From positions 143,154 through 207,153 of the forward strand of contig CP181398.1 of assembly GCA_047946875.1 (NCBI GenBank): a stretch of 64,000 nt of DNA, given 5' to 3'. A model generated the notes under the pieces. It did not search any database. It saw only the letters and a program-made list of their open reading frames with translations, and was not told the origin of the DNA. The stretch comes from Candidatus Kerfeldbacteria bacterium. GTDB lineage: Bacteria; Patescibacteriota; Patescibacteriia; UBA10025; JAHIVO01. Positions 1-10,241 of the stretch are shown here, piece by piece (position 1 is the stretch's first letter; each line of letters starts with the position of its first letter). The position numbers were made by a program, and so were the translations under genes.

Positions 1-123
1 GGGAAGGGGATGAGCTGAGAGAAAAAGTTAATAGGGCACTATTAACTATTCGGGAAAGAGGGGAATATGATAGTTTGTATAAAAAATGGTTTGGATAAAA
101 AAGATAAATAATTATTTATAAAC

Positions 124-1236
124 ATGATGAATGAAACACAACCCCAACAACCAACACCTGATCAGCAGAAACAGGTAAAAAAAGCTAAGCGGATTCTATG
201 GTTTGGTCTTATTTCGATTGTGGTGGTGGGCTTGGCTATTGCAGTTTATTTTGTATTCATTAATCCGATTGAGAGAGATATTATTAGTACGAATACAAAT
301 ATCGTAAGCACTAATGAAATGGTAAAATTTCCAGATACTGAAGTGGGCATTTCTTGTGTAGAGAATGAGGATTGTATCATCGTAGATGTAACTGAATCTG
401 TGGGGGATTGCTGCTCGATGCCGGATTGTAGAATTTGGTATACTTCAGATAATTATGTAGCAGTGAATTCGAAAGAGTATTATGATTATGCCCTAGAATA
501 TAAAGATAATAACTGTGGTGAAGTATTGTGTCCAATTTATGAACGGATGTACTGTCCTACGGGAGAACCATATGCTGATGCTGATTGCCAGAATAATGTT
601 TGTGTAAAAGTTTTATATGAAAATGATATATTACGACCTTATTCAAATGAAGCGAATGGATATTCATTAATGATACCAGTCGGATATGGAAAGAATACAG
701 AGTTATCAGGATATATCGCCCTTGATGTAGTAACTACACCATCTGCAAAATTAACATTCAATCGTATAATCGTGATGGTTGAAAATACTGATATGCATAC
801 ATATAGACTTAGTATTTTGGCTAATCCAGAAGCTGATGTAGAAAATATTAAGGAAGAGGAAGTGATAGTGGCTGGTTTGACAGCAAATAAGATTACATTA
901 AAAAATGCATTAGGAGAAACAATTATACATTATCTTGTATCATATTTAGGAAAAGTATATGACATCGAAACAACTGACTCAGTTAACCAAGAAACTATTG
1001 ATATATTTATTGCCAATTTTGAAATTACCCAACTCGATGAGGATATTAATATTGCAGATACATCTGTGTTTGAAAATAAAACATGCGTTTCAAATAATGA
1101 ATGTGGAGCTTATCCGTGTGATCAAGGCACTTGTTTGGTAAAGGAGTGTAATAGTGATGATGAATGCTCAGTCGGGACATGTGGGCAGTATGTTACTCCG
1201 GTGCCTGGATATTGCACGATGATAGATAGTTTATAA
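124..1236 (+). CDS. Membrane-anchored Cys-rich surface protein (10-Cys module, PsbP-like region, C-terminal Cys repeats)
   Basis: N-terminal TM helix; module C-x5-C...CC...YVAVN...CP...CVK; 'YSNEANGYSLMIP' PsbP-like start. Confidence 0.75.
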   Translation: MMNETQPQQPTPDQQKQVKKAKRILWFGLISIVVVGLAIAVYFVFINPIERDIISTNTNIVSTNEMVKFPDTEVGISCVENEDCIIVDVTESVGDCCSMPDCRIWYTSDNYVAVNSKEYYDYALEYKDNNCGEVLCPIYERMYCPTGEPYADADCQNNVCVKVLYENDILRPYSNEANGYSLMIPVGYGKNTELSGYIALDVVTTPSAKLTFNRIIVMVENTDMHTYRLSILANPEADVENIKEEEVIVAGLTANKITLKNALGETIIHYLVSYLGKVYDIETTDSVNQETIDIFIANFEITQLDEDINIADTSVFENKTCVSNNECGAYPCDQGTCLVKECNSDDECSVGTCGQYVTPVPGYCTMIDSL

Positions 1237-1243
1237 TAACTAT

Positions 1244-1903
1244 ATGAAACAACAATTCCCCGAAACAATTAAAAACCCATCAACCAAAATTTGGATTATT
1301 TTTTTTGTAATTATAATAGCTCTGGTAGTTGGTGTTTATTTTTATTTTGTGCAAACTCAGGAAGAGTGGAATATAAGTATAATAAACATTAATACAACAA
1401 CGATAAAAAAGTGTAGTGATATAACTGATGAAAATGAGTGTTCCGCACGCAAGGATTGCCGACGACATGATTTGTGCCCATGTAATAATCTAAATCTAAA
1501 ATGTGGTGTAGCGCCTGAATTTCCGCCTGAAGTTACATGTGACTGTTTTATGGATGGTTTCGAATATTGCGAGGATTTGATGTGTGACGGGGTAAATGCT
1601 ACATGGATTTTTAATGGACCAGTTTCACGGTCTTGTGAGGGGGATAGCGACTGCAAGTTTGTTGATAACACGATAAATTATAGCGGGTGCTGTAGAAATA
1701 ACTCTTTTTGTCCTGATTATTCAGATCAGAAATATGTAGCAGTGAATAAGGTTACATTTAATGAGTTTAGGAGTCAATTGATGGTTGAGAATGATTGTGA
1801 TACAGCACTATGTCCAGTCGTTGATATATTACCGTGTCCTGAAGTTGAGCCGTTTTATGAAGTGAAATGTCTAAGTAATTTATGTGTAAAACAAAAAATA
1901 TGA
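1244..1903 (+). CDS. Membrane-anchored Cys-rich surface protein
   Basis: TM helix, Cys-rich middle, C-terminal copy of the 10-Cys YVAVN module. Confidence 0.75.
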   Translation: MKQQFPETIKNPSTKIWIIFFVIIIALVVGVYFYFVQTQEEWNISIININTTTIKKCSDITDENECSARKDCRRHDLCPCNNLNLKCGVAPEFPPEVTCDCFMDGFEYCEDLMCDGVNATWIFNGPVSRSCEGDSDCKFVDNTINYSGCCRNNSFCPDYSDQKYVAVNKVTFNEFRSQLMVENDCDTALCPVVDILPCPEVEPFYEVKCLSNLCVKQKI

Positions 1904-2643
1904 AAAAAAAATCAAAATTAGTCTATCTGGTTGTTATTACTATAATTGTGATTGTGGCTATTGTTATTTTAGCATTAGCTTCTTTTGATTATTGTCCATC
2001 GGAATCGGAGAAGGTTTATGGTTTTTTTTGTAAGTCACTAGATTGGGAGGAAGTTGTCCCATCTTGTGGTGATGGTATATGTACTAGTGGAGAAGAATGT
2101 GAGAAAGGTGGTTTGTGTATATACAGTTGCCCTGAAGATTGTAAAAATATAGATATTAATACTAATACTGCAATTACTCCAATAGAAGATTGTACTTATT
2201 ATTTTGATGGATGTAATATTTGTGCTAAGGATCCAGATGGAGTTGTGGGTTGTACAGCGACATATTGTGAGCCTGGAGAGTACGAACCTTATAAATGTTT
2301 TGATGATGATACAAACAATGTTACCATTGAAACTAAGATTCAATTTCCAGACACTGAAATCGGCGTATCCTGTACGGACATTGAGGATTGTAGAATTGTT
2401 GATACAAAAGAATCTGTGGGGGATTGCTGTCCAACACCGGATTGTCGTAATTGGTATGTTAATGATGAATATGTGGCAGTTAATTCGGAATTATATAACC
2501 AACAGAGATTGGAATTGATGCAAGAAAATAATTGTGCTGTTACTGAATGTCCGCAATATTCTTCAGCCTATTGTCCATCGGGAGAGCCATTTGCTTATGC
2601 AGACTGTGTTGATAATGTTTGTGTAAAAGTTAAATATGAATAA
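1900..2643 (+). CDS. Membrane-anchored Cys-rich surface protein
   Basis: Likely start ATG 1900 overlapping upstream stop; CGDGIC..E..CPEDC repeat, DGCN.C motif, C-terminal 10-Cys module close to that of 124..1236. Confidence 0.75.
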   Translation: MKKKSKLVYLVVITIIVIVAIVILALASFDYCPSESEKVYGFFCKSLDWEEVVPSCGDGICTSGEECEKGGLCIYSCPEDCKNIDINTNTAITPIEDCTYYFDGCNICAKDPDGVVGCTATYCEPGEYEPYKCFDDDTNNVTIETKIQFPDTEIGVSCTDIEDCRIVDTKESVGDCCPTPDCRNWYVNDEYVAVNSELYNQQRLELMQENNCAVTECPQYSSAYCPSGEPFAYADCVDNVCVKVKYE

Positions 2644-4117
2644 TAGTAAGAAACAAATTATTTGGGTAGCAGCTACAGTAATAATTTTATTTTTATTATT
2701 AATACTAGCTTTTGCAGTATATAATTATTTTATGCAGGAGGATGTATCTTTATCAAATAATAGTAATGTAGCTACAAACATTAATAATTCTAATACGAAT
2801 AGCTTAAATATAAACTCCAATGTAGATCTAAAATTATCTGATGGTTTTTTATTTTTTGATAAATCCGTTCATGATCCTTCGGATTATAGAATATCTACCT
2901 CCCAACTTAATCACATAAGTGCTGTTGGAAAAATAACAAATATTACAAAGTTGGAATTACAAAATTCAATTAATTCCGCTGGTTATAACGATGGTAAAAT
3001 ATATTATATTACTAAGGGTAATTCAAGTGATATTAATAATGCTATCGGAATATATAATATTATTGATGGTAAAAAAGAAATACTAATATCTAATGATACC
3101 GAGGAATGGATTATGAAAATATTCATCTATGATCAAAAATATATTTTTTATTTACAGGGGCCTTGTATAAGCGGTGGGCAGGAAGAGTGGGACAAATCAA
3201 AATGTAATTTATATAGGTATAATTTAGAAGAAGGTGACAATGAGTTATTTATAGAAGATATTTATAGTCAAATAGATGGTATATATTTAGCTTCTTTAAG
3301 TTTTAAATCTTATAATTCTAATGATGGAATTTTAGAAATGGGATTTAATGGAGGTGATGCCGGGGTAGGGGCAATGGCTATTTATCAGTTAGATTTAGAA
3401 TCTAAAGAAATAAATAAAATTGTAAGTGAACGTTATTATTCTTGTGAATTTGAATGTGATGAAATAGATTTAGAAAATAATAAATATTATAAATTGCGTG
3501 ATGAATTTCATAAATTACAACCTTGTGGAGAATACACATTTGGAAGTTTTGGATATTATACAATTTATAAAGATGGGATAGAAGTTGAAGGCGTAGAGCC
3601 ATGGCAAATAGTAAAATGTTTTGAACCCGCTGAAATTGAAGCTGATACATCAGATTGGCTAACGTATGAAAATAAGGATAATGTATTTTCTTTAAAATAT
3701 CCTAATACTTTCAGTTTGATCCAAGAAAGTGAAAATCATCTTGGAGAAAAAAATATAACAATGAGCACAATCAATACGAACAGTATTTATGAAAATACTT
3801 TAGGGGAAAGGAGTGATGCTATATTTATCTATCCATCAGTGGCAGCAGATTTTTTAGATAGATTGGGACATATAGGAGGAGTCCTTAGTAAAGAATATTT
3901 TGATAGTAAAGAAGCAAAAGAAAATGTAATAACAAAATTTCAGAAAATTGTTGAGATTGATGGGCGGGATGGATATCAAATGATAAATTATGAATTGGGT
4001 GAAACTATGTACACAATTATTGCAAATAATGATGAAACTTTTTTTGTAGTAGTATGGCATATTGGATTTGAGGAGGAATATTATAATGACATATTAAAGA
4101 GTATTACTTTTAATTAA
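2636..4117 (+). CDS. Membrane-anchored surface protein with Asn-rich stalk, probable beta-propeller-like region and PsbP-like C-terminus
   Basis: TM helix, N-rich linker, 'DTSDWLTYENKDNVFSLKYP' PsbP-like start. Confidence 0.7.
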   Translation: MNNSKKQIIWVAATVIILFLLLILAFAVYNYFMQEDVSLSNNSNVATNINNSNTNSLNINSNVDLKLSDGFLFFDKSVHDPSDYRISTSQLNHISAVGKITNITKLELQNSINSAGYNDGKIYYITKGNSSDINNAIGIYNIIDGKKEILISNDTEEWIMKIFIYDQKYIFYLQGPCISGGQEEWDKSKCNLYRYNLEEGDNELFIEDIYSQIDGIYLASLSFKSYNSNDGILEMGFNGGDAGVGAMAIYQLDLESKEINKIVSERYYSCEFECDEIDLENNKYYKLRDEFHKLQPCGEYTFGSFGYYTIYKDGIEVEGVEPWQIVKCFEPAEIEADTSDWLTYENKDNVFSLKYPNTFSLIQESENHLGEKNITMSTINTNSIYENTLGERSDAIFIYPSVAADFLDRLGHIGGVLSKEYFDSKEAKENVITKFQKIVEIDGRDGYQMINYELGETMYTIIANNDETFFVVVWHIGFEEEYYNDILKSITFN

Positions 4118-4141
4118 ACTGATACTGATGATATGTAATCA

Positions 4142-4216
4142 TGCTTAGCTGTTGAAAATAATTATATTTTGCAATACATATCAGGTTTGTGTGTAAAAGT
4201 ATTTAGGCAATATTAA
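4142..4216 (+). pseudogene. Relic 3' end of a fourth 10-Cys-module gene
   Basis: Translates CLAVENNYILQYISGLCVKV, aligning without gaps to CPEVEPFYEVKCLSNLCVKQ of 1244..1903. Confidence 0.55.
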
Positions 4217-4237
4217 TTATTCTATAATATTATATAA

Positions 4238-4264
4238 TTAGCACTCTTGACTTGAGAGTGCTAA
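4238..4264 (+). promoter_or_regulatory. CIRCE element (HrcA operator) overlapping a sigma70 promoter
   Basis: Perfect TTAGCACTC-N9-GAGTGCTAA; TTGACT at 4247 inside the spacer and TATAAT at 4271. Confidence 0.97.
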
Positions 4265-4290
4265 TTGGATTATAATACTTATACAACTAT

Positions 4291-4998
4291 ATGAATGAAA
4301 GAAAAAGTGCCATTTTTGGGGCTATTATCAAAGAACATGTAACTAAAGGCAATACTGTTGCCTCAAAAGTGCTTGTGGATAAGTATGACTTTCAGCTCTC
4401 TTCAGCAACTATGCGTAATGAGATGGTAGAGCTTGAAAAAGATGGTTATATATTTCAGCCTCATACATCAGCAGGACGTATCCCTACAGAAAAAGGTTGG
4501 AAGTATTATATAGAAAATTTTATTCAGAATAAGCAGATAAGTAAGAAACACAAAGAATTAATGGATGTAATATTCGATGAAGGGGGAATGAATTTTGACA
4601 TTACTGTGAAGAAAGTTTCCAAAGGCTTGGCAGAGATTTCTAAGGATGCAGTATTTGTGGGATTTTCACACGATGATTTTTATTACACCGGCTTATCACA
4701 TTTATTCAAAAATCCTGAGTTTCAAAAACTAGATTTAGTACAGCATGTTTCAGAAGTAGTGGATCATCTTGGTGAAGTTATTACTGATATGTTTGATGAA
4801 GTAAGTGAATCAGAAACAGAGATTGTGCTAATTGGAAAAGAAAATCCATTTGGTGCAGAATGCAGTACGATTGTAACAAGTTATTCGAATGGTAAAGACA
4901 ATAAAGGTGTATTTGGAATCTTGGGGCCGATGAGGATGAATTATGAAGATAACATGGCTTTGATAAAATATGCAAAAGAATTATTTAATAATGTATAA
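4291..4998 (+). CDS. hrcA: Heat-inducible transcription repressor HrcA (short form)
   Basis: SSATMRNEM..LE..GY..QPHTSAGRIPT and GILGPMRMNY motifs; CIRCE upstream. Confidence 0.95.
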   Translation: MNERKSAIFGAIIKEHVTKGNTVASKVLVDKYDFQLSSATMRNEMVELEKDGYIFQPHTSAGRIPTEKGWKYYIENFIQNKQISKKHKELMDVIFDEGGMNFDITVKKVSKGLAEISKDAVFVGFSHDDFYYTGLSHLFKNPEFQKLDLVQHVSEVVDHLGEVITDMFDEVSESETEIVLIGKENPFGAECSTIVTSYSNGKDNKGVFGILGPMRMNYEDNMALIKYAKELFNNV

Positions 4999-5015
4999 CA
5001 AATAATATAATAACT

Positions 5016-5516
5016 ATGTCAGACGAAAAAAAAGACTTAGAAAAAAAAGATGTTAAACTAAAACTAACTGAACTAGAAAAAACTAAAGAAAAAATGGAAG
5101 AATATTTGAATGGGTGGAAAAGGGCAAAAGCAGATTACAGTAATCAAAAAAAAGAATTTGAAAGAAAAGAACAAGAGATTATACAGTTTGCCAATGCTAC
5201 GCTCATATTAGAAATTATGCCTATCTATGACAATTTCAAACTAGCTTGGAAGCATATACCTGAAGAGCATAAAAATGAAGATGAATGGCTAAAAGGAATC
5301 GAACATATTAAGAAACAGTTTGCTGATATGTTAAAAAGATTAGGGCTAGAAGAAATCCCTACAGTAGGGGAGAAGTTTGATCCAGAGCTACATGAAGCAG
5401 TCGGTACAGAAAAAGTTGAAGGTAAGAAGAGTGGAGAAATAGTTGAAGAAATTAAATCAGGTTATAAACTTTATAACAAAGTGCTTGAACCAGCTAAAGT
5501 AAAAACCGCAGAGTAA
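5016..5516 (+). CDS. grpE: Nucleotide exchange factor GrpE
   Basis: RAKADY.N, FDPELHEAV, GY.L..KVL.PAKV. Confidence 0.96.
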   Translation: MSDEKKDLEKKDVKLKLTELEKTKEKMEEYLNGWKRAKADYSNQKKEFERKEQEIIQFANATLILEIMPIYDNFKLAWKHIPEEHKNEDEWLKGIEHIKKQFADMLKRLGLEEIPTVGEKFDPELHEAVGTEKVEGKKSGEIVEEIKSGYKLYNKVLEPAKVKTAE

Positions 5517-5525
5517 ATACACACT

Positions 5526-5597
5526 TGTCATCCTGAACTTGATTCAGGATCTCTAGAAAAGATTAGGGTGAGATTCCGGATCAAGCCCGGAATGACA
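5526..5597. repeat. TGTCA...TGACA double-hairpin (REP/RPE-like) element
   Basis: TGTCATCCTGAACTTGATTCAGGATCT...AGATTCCGGATCAAGCCCGGAATGACA. Confidence 0.85.
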
Positions 5598-5633
5598 GAA
5601 AATAATATATAATAATTTTAAAAGAATAATAAT

Positions 5634-6083
5634 ATGGCAATAATGAGATGGCGACCTTCAATGGATCCAATAGATTTAGAAAGATTTTTTGAAGAAATGC
5701 CAAGGATGCAAGCAAAAAATAATTCATATACACCAGCTGTAGATATCTACCAAGATAAGGATAATGTCGTTGTAGAGACACCATTGGCTGGGGTAGATCC
5801 TGAGAAAGTAAATGTATCAGTGGAAGATGATGTATTAAAAATAGAAGGTAAATCAGAACATAGATCAGAAGTAGATGAAGATAACTATTATAGAAAAGAA
5901 GTACGACATGGTAGCTTTTATAGGGCAATAGCTCTACCTACCAGTGTAATAGCTGATAAAGCAGAGGCTAACTTCGAAAATGGAATGCTTAAAGTAATAA
6001 TCCCAAAAGCTGGTGAAGTTAAACCAAAAACAATCAAAGTAAATATAATTAAAAAAGATAAATCTAAAAAAATTCAGGCATAG
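5634..6083 (+). CDS. Hsp20/alpha-crystallin small heat shock protein
   Basis: PAVDIYQD, GSFYRAIALP, A.FENGMLKVIIPK. Confidence 0.95.
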   Translation: MAIMRWRPSMDPIDLERFFEEMPRMQAKNNSYTPAVDIYQDKDNVVVETPLAGVDPEKVNVSVEDDVLKIEGKSEHRSEVDEDNYYRKEVRHGSFYRAIALPTSVIADKAEANFENGMLKVIIPKAGEVKPKTIKVNIIKKDKSKKIQA

Positions 6084-6102
6084 CCTGATCCGGCTTTGCC
6101 GG
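6075..6102. repeat. 28-bp GC-rich palindrome overlapping the Hsp20 stop codon
   Basis: CAGGCATAGCCTGATCCGGCTTTGCCGG; related copy at 48241. Confidence 0.7.
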
Positions 6103-6119
6103 AAATTAACAATATATAT

Positions 6120-6509
6120 ATGAAAATAATTGGAGGAAATAATATTCCACCACCAGGAGGTTCGCAAGGACCGCCAGGATCAGGGGGGAGATCAGGAAAA
6201 CCAGAACAGATAAAGATAGATGCCAAATGTACTATCTGTGGTAGTCTATATGACTTCGGTAAATTGGAAGTAATACAGGAAGAAGAAGGCGCAACATTGA
6301 TGTATATCAAATGTTCTGTCTGCCAAAGCGCCGCTCTATCGATAGTGGCTATTGGATCATTCGGGATCAAAGTATCGAGTGTAATCACAGATCTGGAAAA
6401 AGATGAAGTTATGCATTTTCAAGAAGAGAGATCAGTACAGAGTGAAGATGTTTTAGCTCTACATGAGGAGTTAGAAATTACAGATAATTTTTTAGAAGAG
6501 ATTAATTAA
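6120..6509 (+). CDS. Hypothetical Zn-ribbon protein within the heat-shock operon
   Basis: CTIC and CSVC pairs; Pro/Gly-rich N-terminus; ATG 6120 preferred over TTG 6096, which lies in a repeat. Confidence 0.75.
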   Translation: MKIIGGNNIPPPGGSQGPPGSGGRSGKPEQIKIDAKCTICGSLYDFGKLEVIQEEEGATLMYIKCSVCQSAALSIVAIGSFGIKVSSVITDLEKDEVMHFQEERSVQSEDVLALHEELEITDNFLEEIN

Positions 6510-6556
6510 AATATAATATAAATAAAATAATTTTATAAAAGAAAGGAATAAACAAA

Positions 6557-8533
6557 ATGAGTAAAATACTCGGAATTGACTTAGGTACTACTAACTCAGC
6601 TATGGCAATAATTGAGGGCGGAGAACCAAAAGTATTAGAAAATAAGGAGGGCAACAGAACTACACCGTCAGTGGTAGCTATTACCAAGACAGGAGAGCGT
6701 GTTGTTGGGCAGATTGCCAAAAGACAAGCAGTAACTAATCCAGAGAATACAATCTATTCTGTGAAAAGGTTGATTGGTCGTCATTGGAATGATGATGAAG
6801 TACAGCATGATGTAAAAACAATGCCTTACAAAATCGTTCAAGCAGGAGAAGGTCTTAAAGTGGCTATGAACGGTAAAGATCAAACTCCTCAGGAAGTTTC
6901 AGCAATGATTCTACAGAAGCTTAAGGCTGATGCAGAAGCTAAGTTGGGCGAGAAGATAGAAGAGGCAGTTATTACTGTGCCAGCTTATTTTGATGATGCA
7001 CAGCGCCAAGCTACCAAAGATGCTGGTGAGATTGCAGGTCTGAAAGTAAAACGTATTATCAATGAGCCAACCGCAGCTGCTCTAGCTTATGGTTTTGATA
7101 AGAAAAAAGATCAGCAAATTGCTGTTTATGATCTTGGTGGTGGTACTTTTGATATCTCTATCTTAGACGTAACCGCCGATACTGTTGAGGTTAAATCTAC
7201 CAATGGTGACACTCATCTTGGTGGTGATGATTTTGATAAGAAAATTATTGACTGGATGATAGATGAATTCAAGAAAGATCAAGGAATTGATTTATCCAAC
7301 GACAATATGGCTTTACAGAGGTTGAAAGAAGCAGCTGAGAAAGCCAAAGTAGAACTATCAACTGCTACAGACACAGAAATCAACTTACCATTCGTCACAA
7401 CTGACGATACTGGCCCTAAGCATATGGTTATGAAGATGACTCGTGCACAATTAGAAGAACTAGTTAGTGAACTTATCGAGCAAACTATGGAGCCAGTTAA
7501 GAAAGCATTGGAAGATGCTAAATTAAAAGCTTCAGACATCGAAGAAGTTATCATGGTCGGTGGTATGACTCGTATGCCAAAAGTATTGGAGACTGTAGAG
7601 AAATTCTTCGGCAAGAAACCTCACATCGGTGTTAATCCTGATGAGGTTGTAGCCTTGGGTGCAGCTGTACAAGCTGGTGTTATGCAAGGTGAAGTTAAAG
7701 ACGTCTTGTTATTAGACATTACTCCATTGACTCTAGGTATCGAGACATTAGGTAGTGTTTCTACTCCATTGATCGAGAAGAATACAACTATCCCTACTTC
7801 CAAATCTCAAATTTTCTCAACTGCTGCAGATAATCAAACATCCGTAGAAATCCACGTATTACAAGGTGAGAGATCTATGGCTGGTGATAACAAAACATTA
7901 GGTAGATTTATCTTAGCTGGTATTCCACCATCTCCTAGAGGTGTGCCACAAGTAGAGGTATCTTTCGATATCGATGCTAATGGTATCTTGAATGTGAAAG
8001 CCGTGGACAAAGCTTCTGGTAAAGAACAATCCATCACTATCACTGCTTCATCTGGTCTATCTAAAGATGAAGTAGAGAAGATGAAACAAGATGCCAAAGC
8101 TCATGAAGCAGAGGATGCTAAAAAGAAAGAAGGAGTTGAGACAAAAAACCAAGCAGAATCATTAGTCTTCACCGCAGAGAAGTCATTGAAAGATGCAGGT
8201 GATAAGGTTAAAGATGAAGTGAAAAAAGAAGTAAATGAAAAGATCGAAGCCCTTAAGAAGTTGAAAGATAGCGATGATTTATCAGCTATTAAGAAAGCTA
8301 CTGAGGAATTATCCGTAGCTATGCAACAGATTGGTGCTGCCATGAATGAGGCTCAGCAAAAGGCTGACGCTGCAAAGCCTAAGGAAGGTGATAAAAAAGA
8401 TCCTGAAACAAGTTCAGGAGGTAATGGTAAAGATAAAGGACCAGTAGATGCAGAGTTTGAAGATGTGAAGAAAGATGGAGAAAAGAAAGAGGATGATAAA
8501 AAGGAAGAAGAGAAAAAAGATGATAAAAAGTAA
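6557..8533 (+). CDS. dnaK: Chaperone DnaK
   Basis: [30 protein letters not shown] motifs. Confidence 0.99.
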   Translation: MSKILGIDLGTTNSAMAIIEGGEPKVLENKEGNRTTPSVVAITKTGERVVGQIAKRQAVTNPENTIYSVKRLIGRHWNDDEVQHDVKTMPYKIVQAGEGLKVAMNGKDQTPQEVSAMILQKLKADAEAKLGEKIEEAVITVPAYFDDAQRQATKDAGEIAGLKVKRIINEPTAAALAYGFDKKKDQQIAVYDLGGGTFDISILDVTADTVEVKSTNGDTHLGGDDFDKKIIDWMIDEFKKDQGIDLSNDNMALQRLKEAAEKAKVELSTATDTEINLPFVTTDDTGPKHMVMKMTRAQLEELVSELIEQTMEPVKKALEDAKLKASDIEEVIMVGGMTRMPKVLETVEKFFGKKPHIGVNPDEVVALGAAVQAGVMQGEVKDVLLLDITPLTLGIETLGSVSTPLIEKNTTIPTSKSQIFSTAADNQTSVEIHVLQGERSMAGDNKTLGRFILAGIPPSPRGVPQVEVSFDIDANGILNVKAVDKASGKEQSITITASSGLSKDEVEKMKQDAKAHEAEDAKKKEGVETKNQAESLVFTAEKSLKDAGDKVKDEVKKEVNEKIEALKKLKDSDDLSAIKKATEELSVAMQQIGAAMNEAQQKADAAKPKEGDKKDPETSSGGNGKDKGPVDAEFEDVKKDGEKKEDDKKEEEKKDDKK

Positions 8534-8545
8534 TTAGTTTAAATA

Positions 8546-8567
8546 GCGCGGGGCATTTGCCCCGCGT
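8546..8567 (+). terminator. Stem-loop after dnaK
   Basis: GCGCGGGGC-ATTT-GCCCCGCGT, weak U-tract. Confidence 0.65.
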
Positions 8568-8613
8568 GATTTGTATATACGTTGAGTTTAAAAAAATATT
8601 ATGGAATTAATGT

Positions 8614-9516
8614 ATGGAAAAAAATGAAAATTTAATATCAAAAAATATTGTAGTTATTATTGTATTTGTATTTGGGATTTTTATGCTTGGCGCGCTGGTA
8701 TACGATGCCTTTACTTCAAAAACATTAAGCGCAAGAGAAAGTACACTTATTTCAATTTTTAGTTCTTTTTTAATTGCACAAGGTTTTTACATTTTTGGTA
8801 AAACATCATCACGTATAGAAGCAATGGAAGGTTTTAAAGGGGAAACACAGAAAGCTTATCGTCGTTCAGAAATTATTAAAAAGAGTTCTGAAACCATACA
8901 GGCAATGTTGAGTTCACGAATGGGTGTATATAAAGCAAAAAAAGAATTGAATAATTCTGATCGAGACGCAATTCTAGAGATTTTTAGAAGTGGAATATTA
9001 CAAATGGACAGCTTAATTGATCATTTAAATGCTTCAATGAAGGATTGGGCAGACATTATTCCTGAATTTGTGGACAAAAGAAAAGAAGTAAATAAAAAAA
9101 TTGCAGATATAAGAGATGAATTAAATAAACAAAGAATCACTTTTTTAGAGGAAGTTGATAAAGTTAAAAAAGCAACTGAAAAGAGTGATGGGGAAAAGAA
9201 AAATGAGATTGATATATTAAAAACAAAAATAGGTGCACTTGAATCTGAAAAGTATTCAGAAATTAAACAGATAGATCCTCTGGATTCATTAGTATCCTCA
9301 CCAAGCGGAATGGGAGTTGTCTATAGTAATGCAGATAATGTTAGAATATTAAATTCAAATGAAGGTATTTTACCGAGAAGTTTTGTAGATGATTCTTTAA
9401 TTTCATCAGAAAATATGTTTCAATCTCGTGTCCCAGATTTAACAAAAGTTGAACCAAATGTAATTACTGGCATTCAAGTAAAAAAAGTTAAAAGCAAAGA
9501 AGAAACAAAGAAATAA
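8614..9516 (+). CDS. Hypothetical protein, two N-terminal TM helices plus coiled coil
   Basis: 300-aa ORF; hydrophobic N-terminus, charged helical middle. Confidence 0.7.
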   Translation: MEKNENLISKNIVVIIVFVFGIFMLGALVYDAFTSKTLSARESTLISIFSSFLIAQGFYIFGKTSSRIEAMEGFKGETQKAYRRSEIIKKSSETIQAMLSSRMGVYKAKKELNNSDRDAILEIFRSGILQMDSLIDHLNASMKDWADIIPEFVDKRKEVNKKIADIRDELNKQRITFLEEVDKVKKATEKSDGEKKNEIDILKTKIGALESEKYSEIKQIDPLDSLVSSPSGMGVVYSNADNVRILNSNEGILPRSFVDDSLISSENMFQSRVPDLTKVEPNVITGIQVKKVKSKEETKK

Positions 9517-9587
9517 TAATGAATTATCAAAGAATTAACCAAACCCTAGGAGCAGGCCTCTGTGCCTGCGACGCCATAAAAAAACTG

Positions 9588-9617
9588 AGCGCACCCAGGG
9601 ACGGATGCGCTCGGAGG
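9588..9617. repeat. 30-bp exact direct repeat, copy 1 (REP-like hairpin)
   Basis: AGCGCACCCAGGGACGGATGCGCTCGGAGG identical at 11159..11188. Confidence 0.9.
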
Positions 9618-9630
9618 TTAATTACATACT

Positions 9631-9772
9631 TTTGTCACTTCGAACCTGCCTGCTCGCCTCGCTAAAGCTCGGACGAAGCGGGCCGGTAGGCAGGCGAAGA
9701 GAGAAGTCCTTATAACGATATTAGCATTTACTAACCTGATAAAGATCTCTCCGCTTCGGTCGAGATGACAAA
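9631..9772. repeat. TGTCA...TGACA element carrying nested palindromic insertions
   Basis: TTTGTCA...TGACAAA ends; CCTGCCTG[30 bp]CCGGTAGGCAGG inside the left arm. Confidence 0.8.
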
Positions 9773-9839
9773 CGTTAGTTAAATTAAAATCTATAAGAAG
9801 TGTGGCTAAATTAAATTTTAATAATAGGAGAACGATCAA

Positions 9840-10241
9840 ATGGCAAATAAAAAAATTAACCCAGTTTCCTTAAGGATACCAACAAAAGCCTATAGTCAAG
9901 GAGTTCTTGTTCCTTGCGGACAAAGTAATTTACTTTTTATTACTGGGCAGTTACCTCAAGATATTGATGGTAAAATTATCCACCAAGATGATGTAGGGGA
10001 GCAAGTTAGGCTTGTTTTTTCAAGGATTTCTGATATTTTGAAAGAAGCAGAGATGTCTTTCGATGATGTTGTGAAGCTCCAGATTTATGTGAGTGATATA
10101 GGTTCTGCAAAGACTGTATCCTCTATTAGAGATGAACTCTTTGGAGTTAGTAAACCCGCAAGCACACTTGTAGAAGTGTCAGGCTTTGTAAAAGAAGGTT
10201 GCAACGTTGAAATTGATGCCGTTGCAGCGAAGCTTGTTTAA
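9840..10241 (+). CDS. RidA/YjgF/YER057c family protein
   Basis: YSQG, LFITGQ, DVVKL.IY, PASTLVEV, VEIDAVA. Confidence 0.92.
   Translation: MANKKINPVSLRIPTKAYSQGVLVPCGQSNLLFITGQLPQDIDGKIIHQDDVGEQVRLVFSRISDILKEAEMSFDDVVKLQIYVSDIGSAKTVSSIRDELFGVSKPASTLVEVSGFVKEGCNVEIDAVAAKLV

Noticed and set aside
6502-8343. Series of minus-strand ORFs opposite dnaK
   Set aside because: Well-known antisense-frame artefact of dnaK codon usage, broken by stops.
9618-9839. 73-aa minus-strand ORF
   Set aside because: Reads through nested repeats, with no start context.
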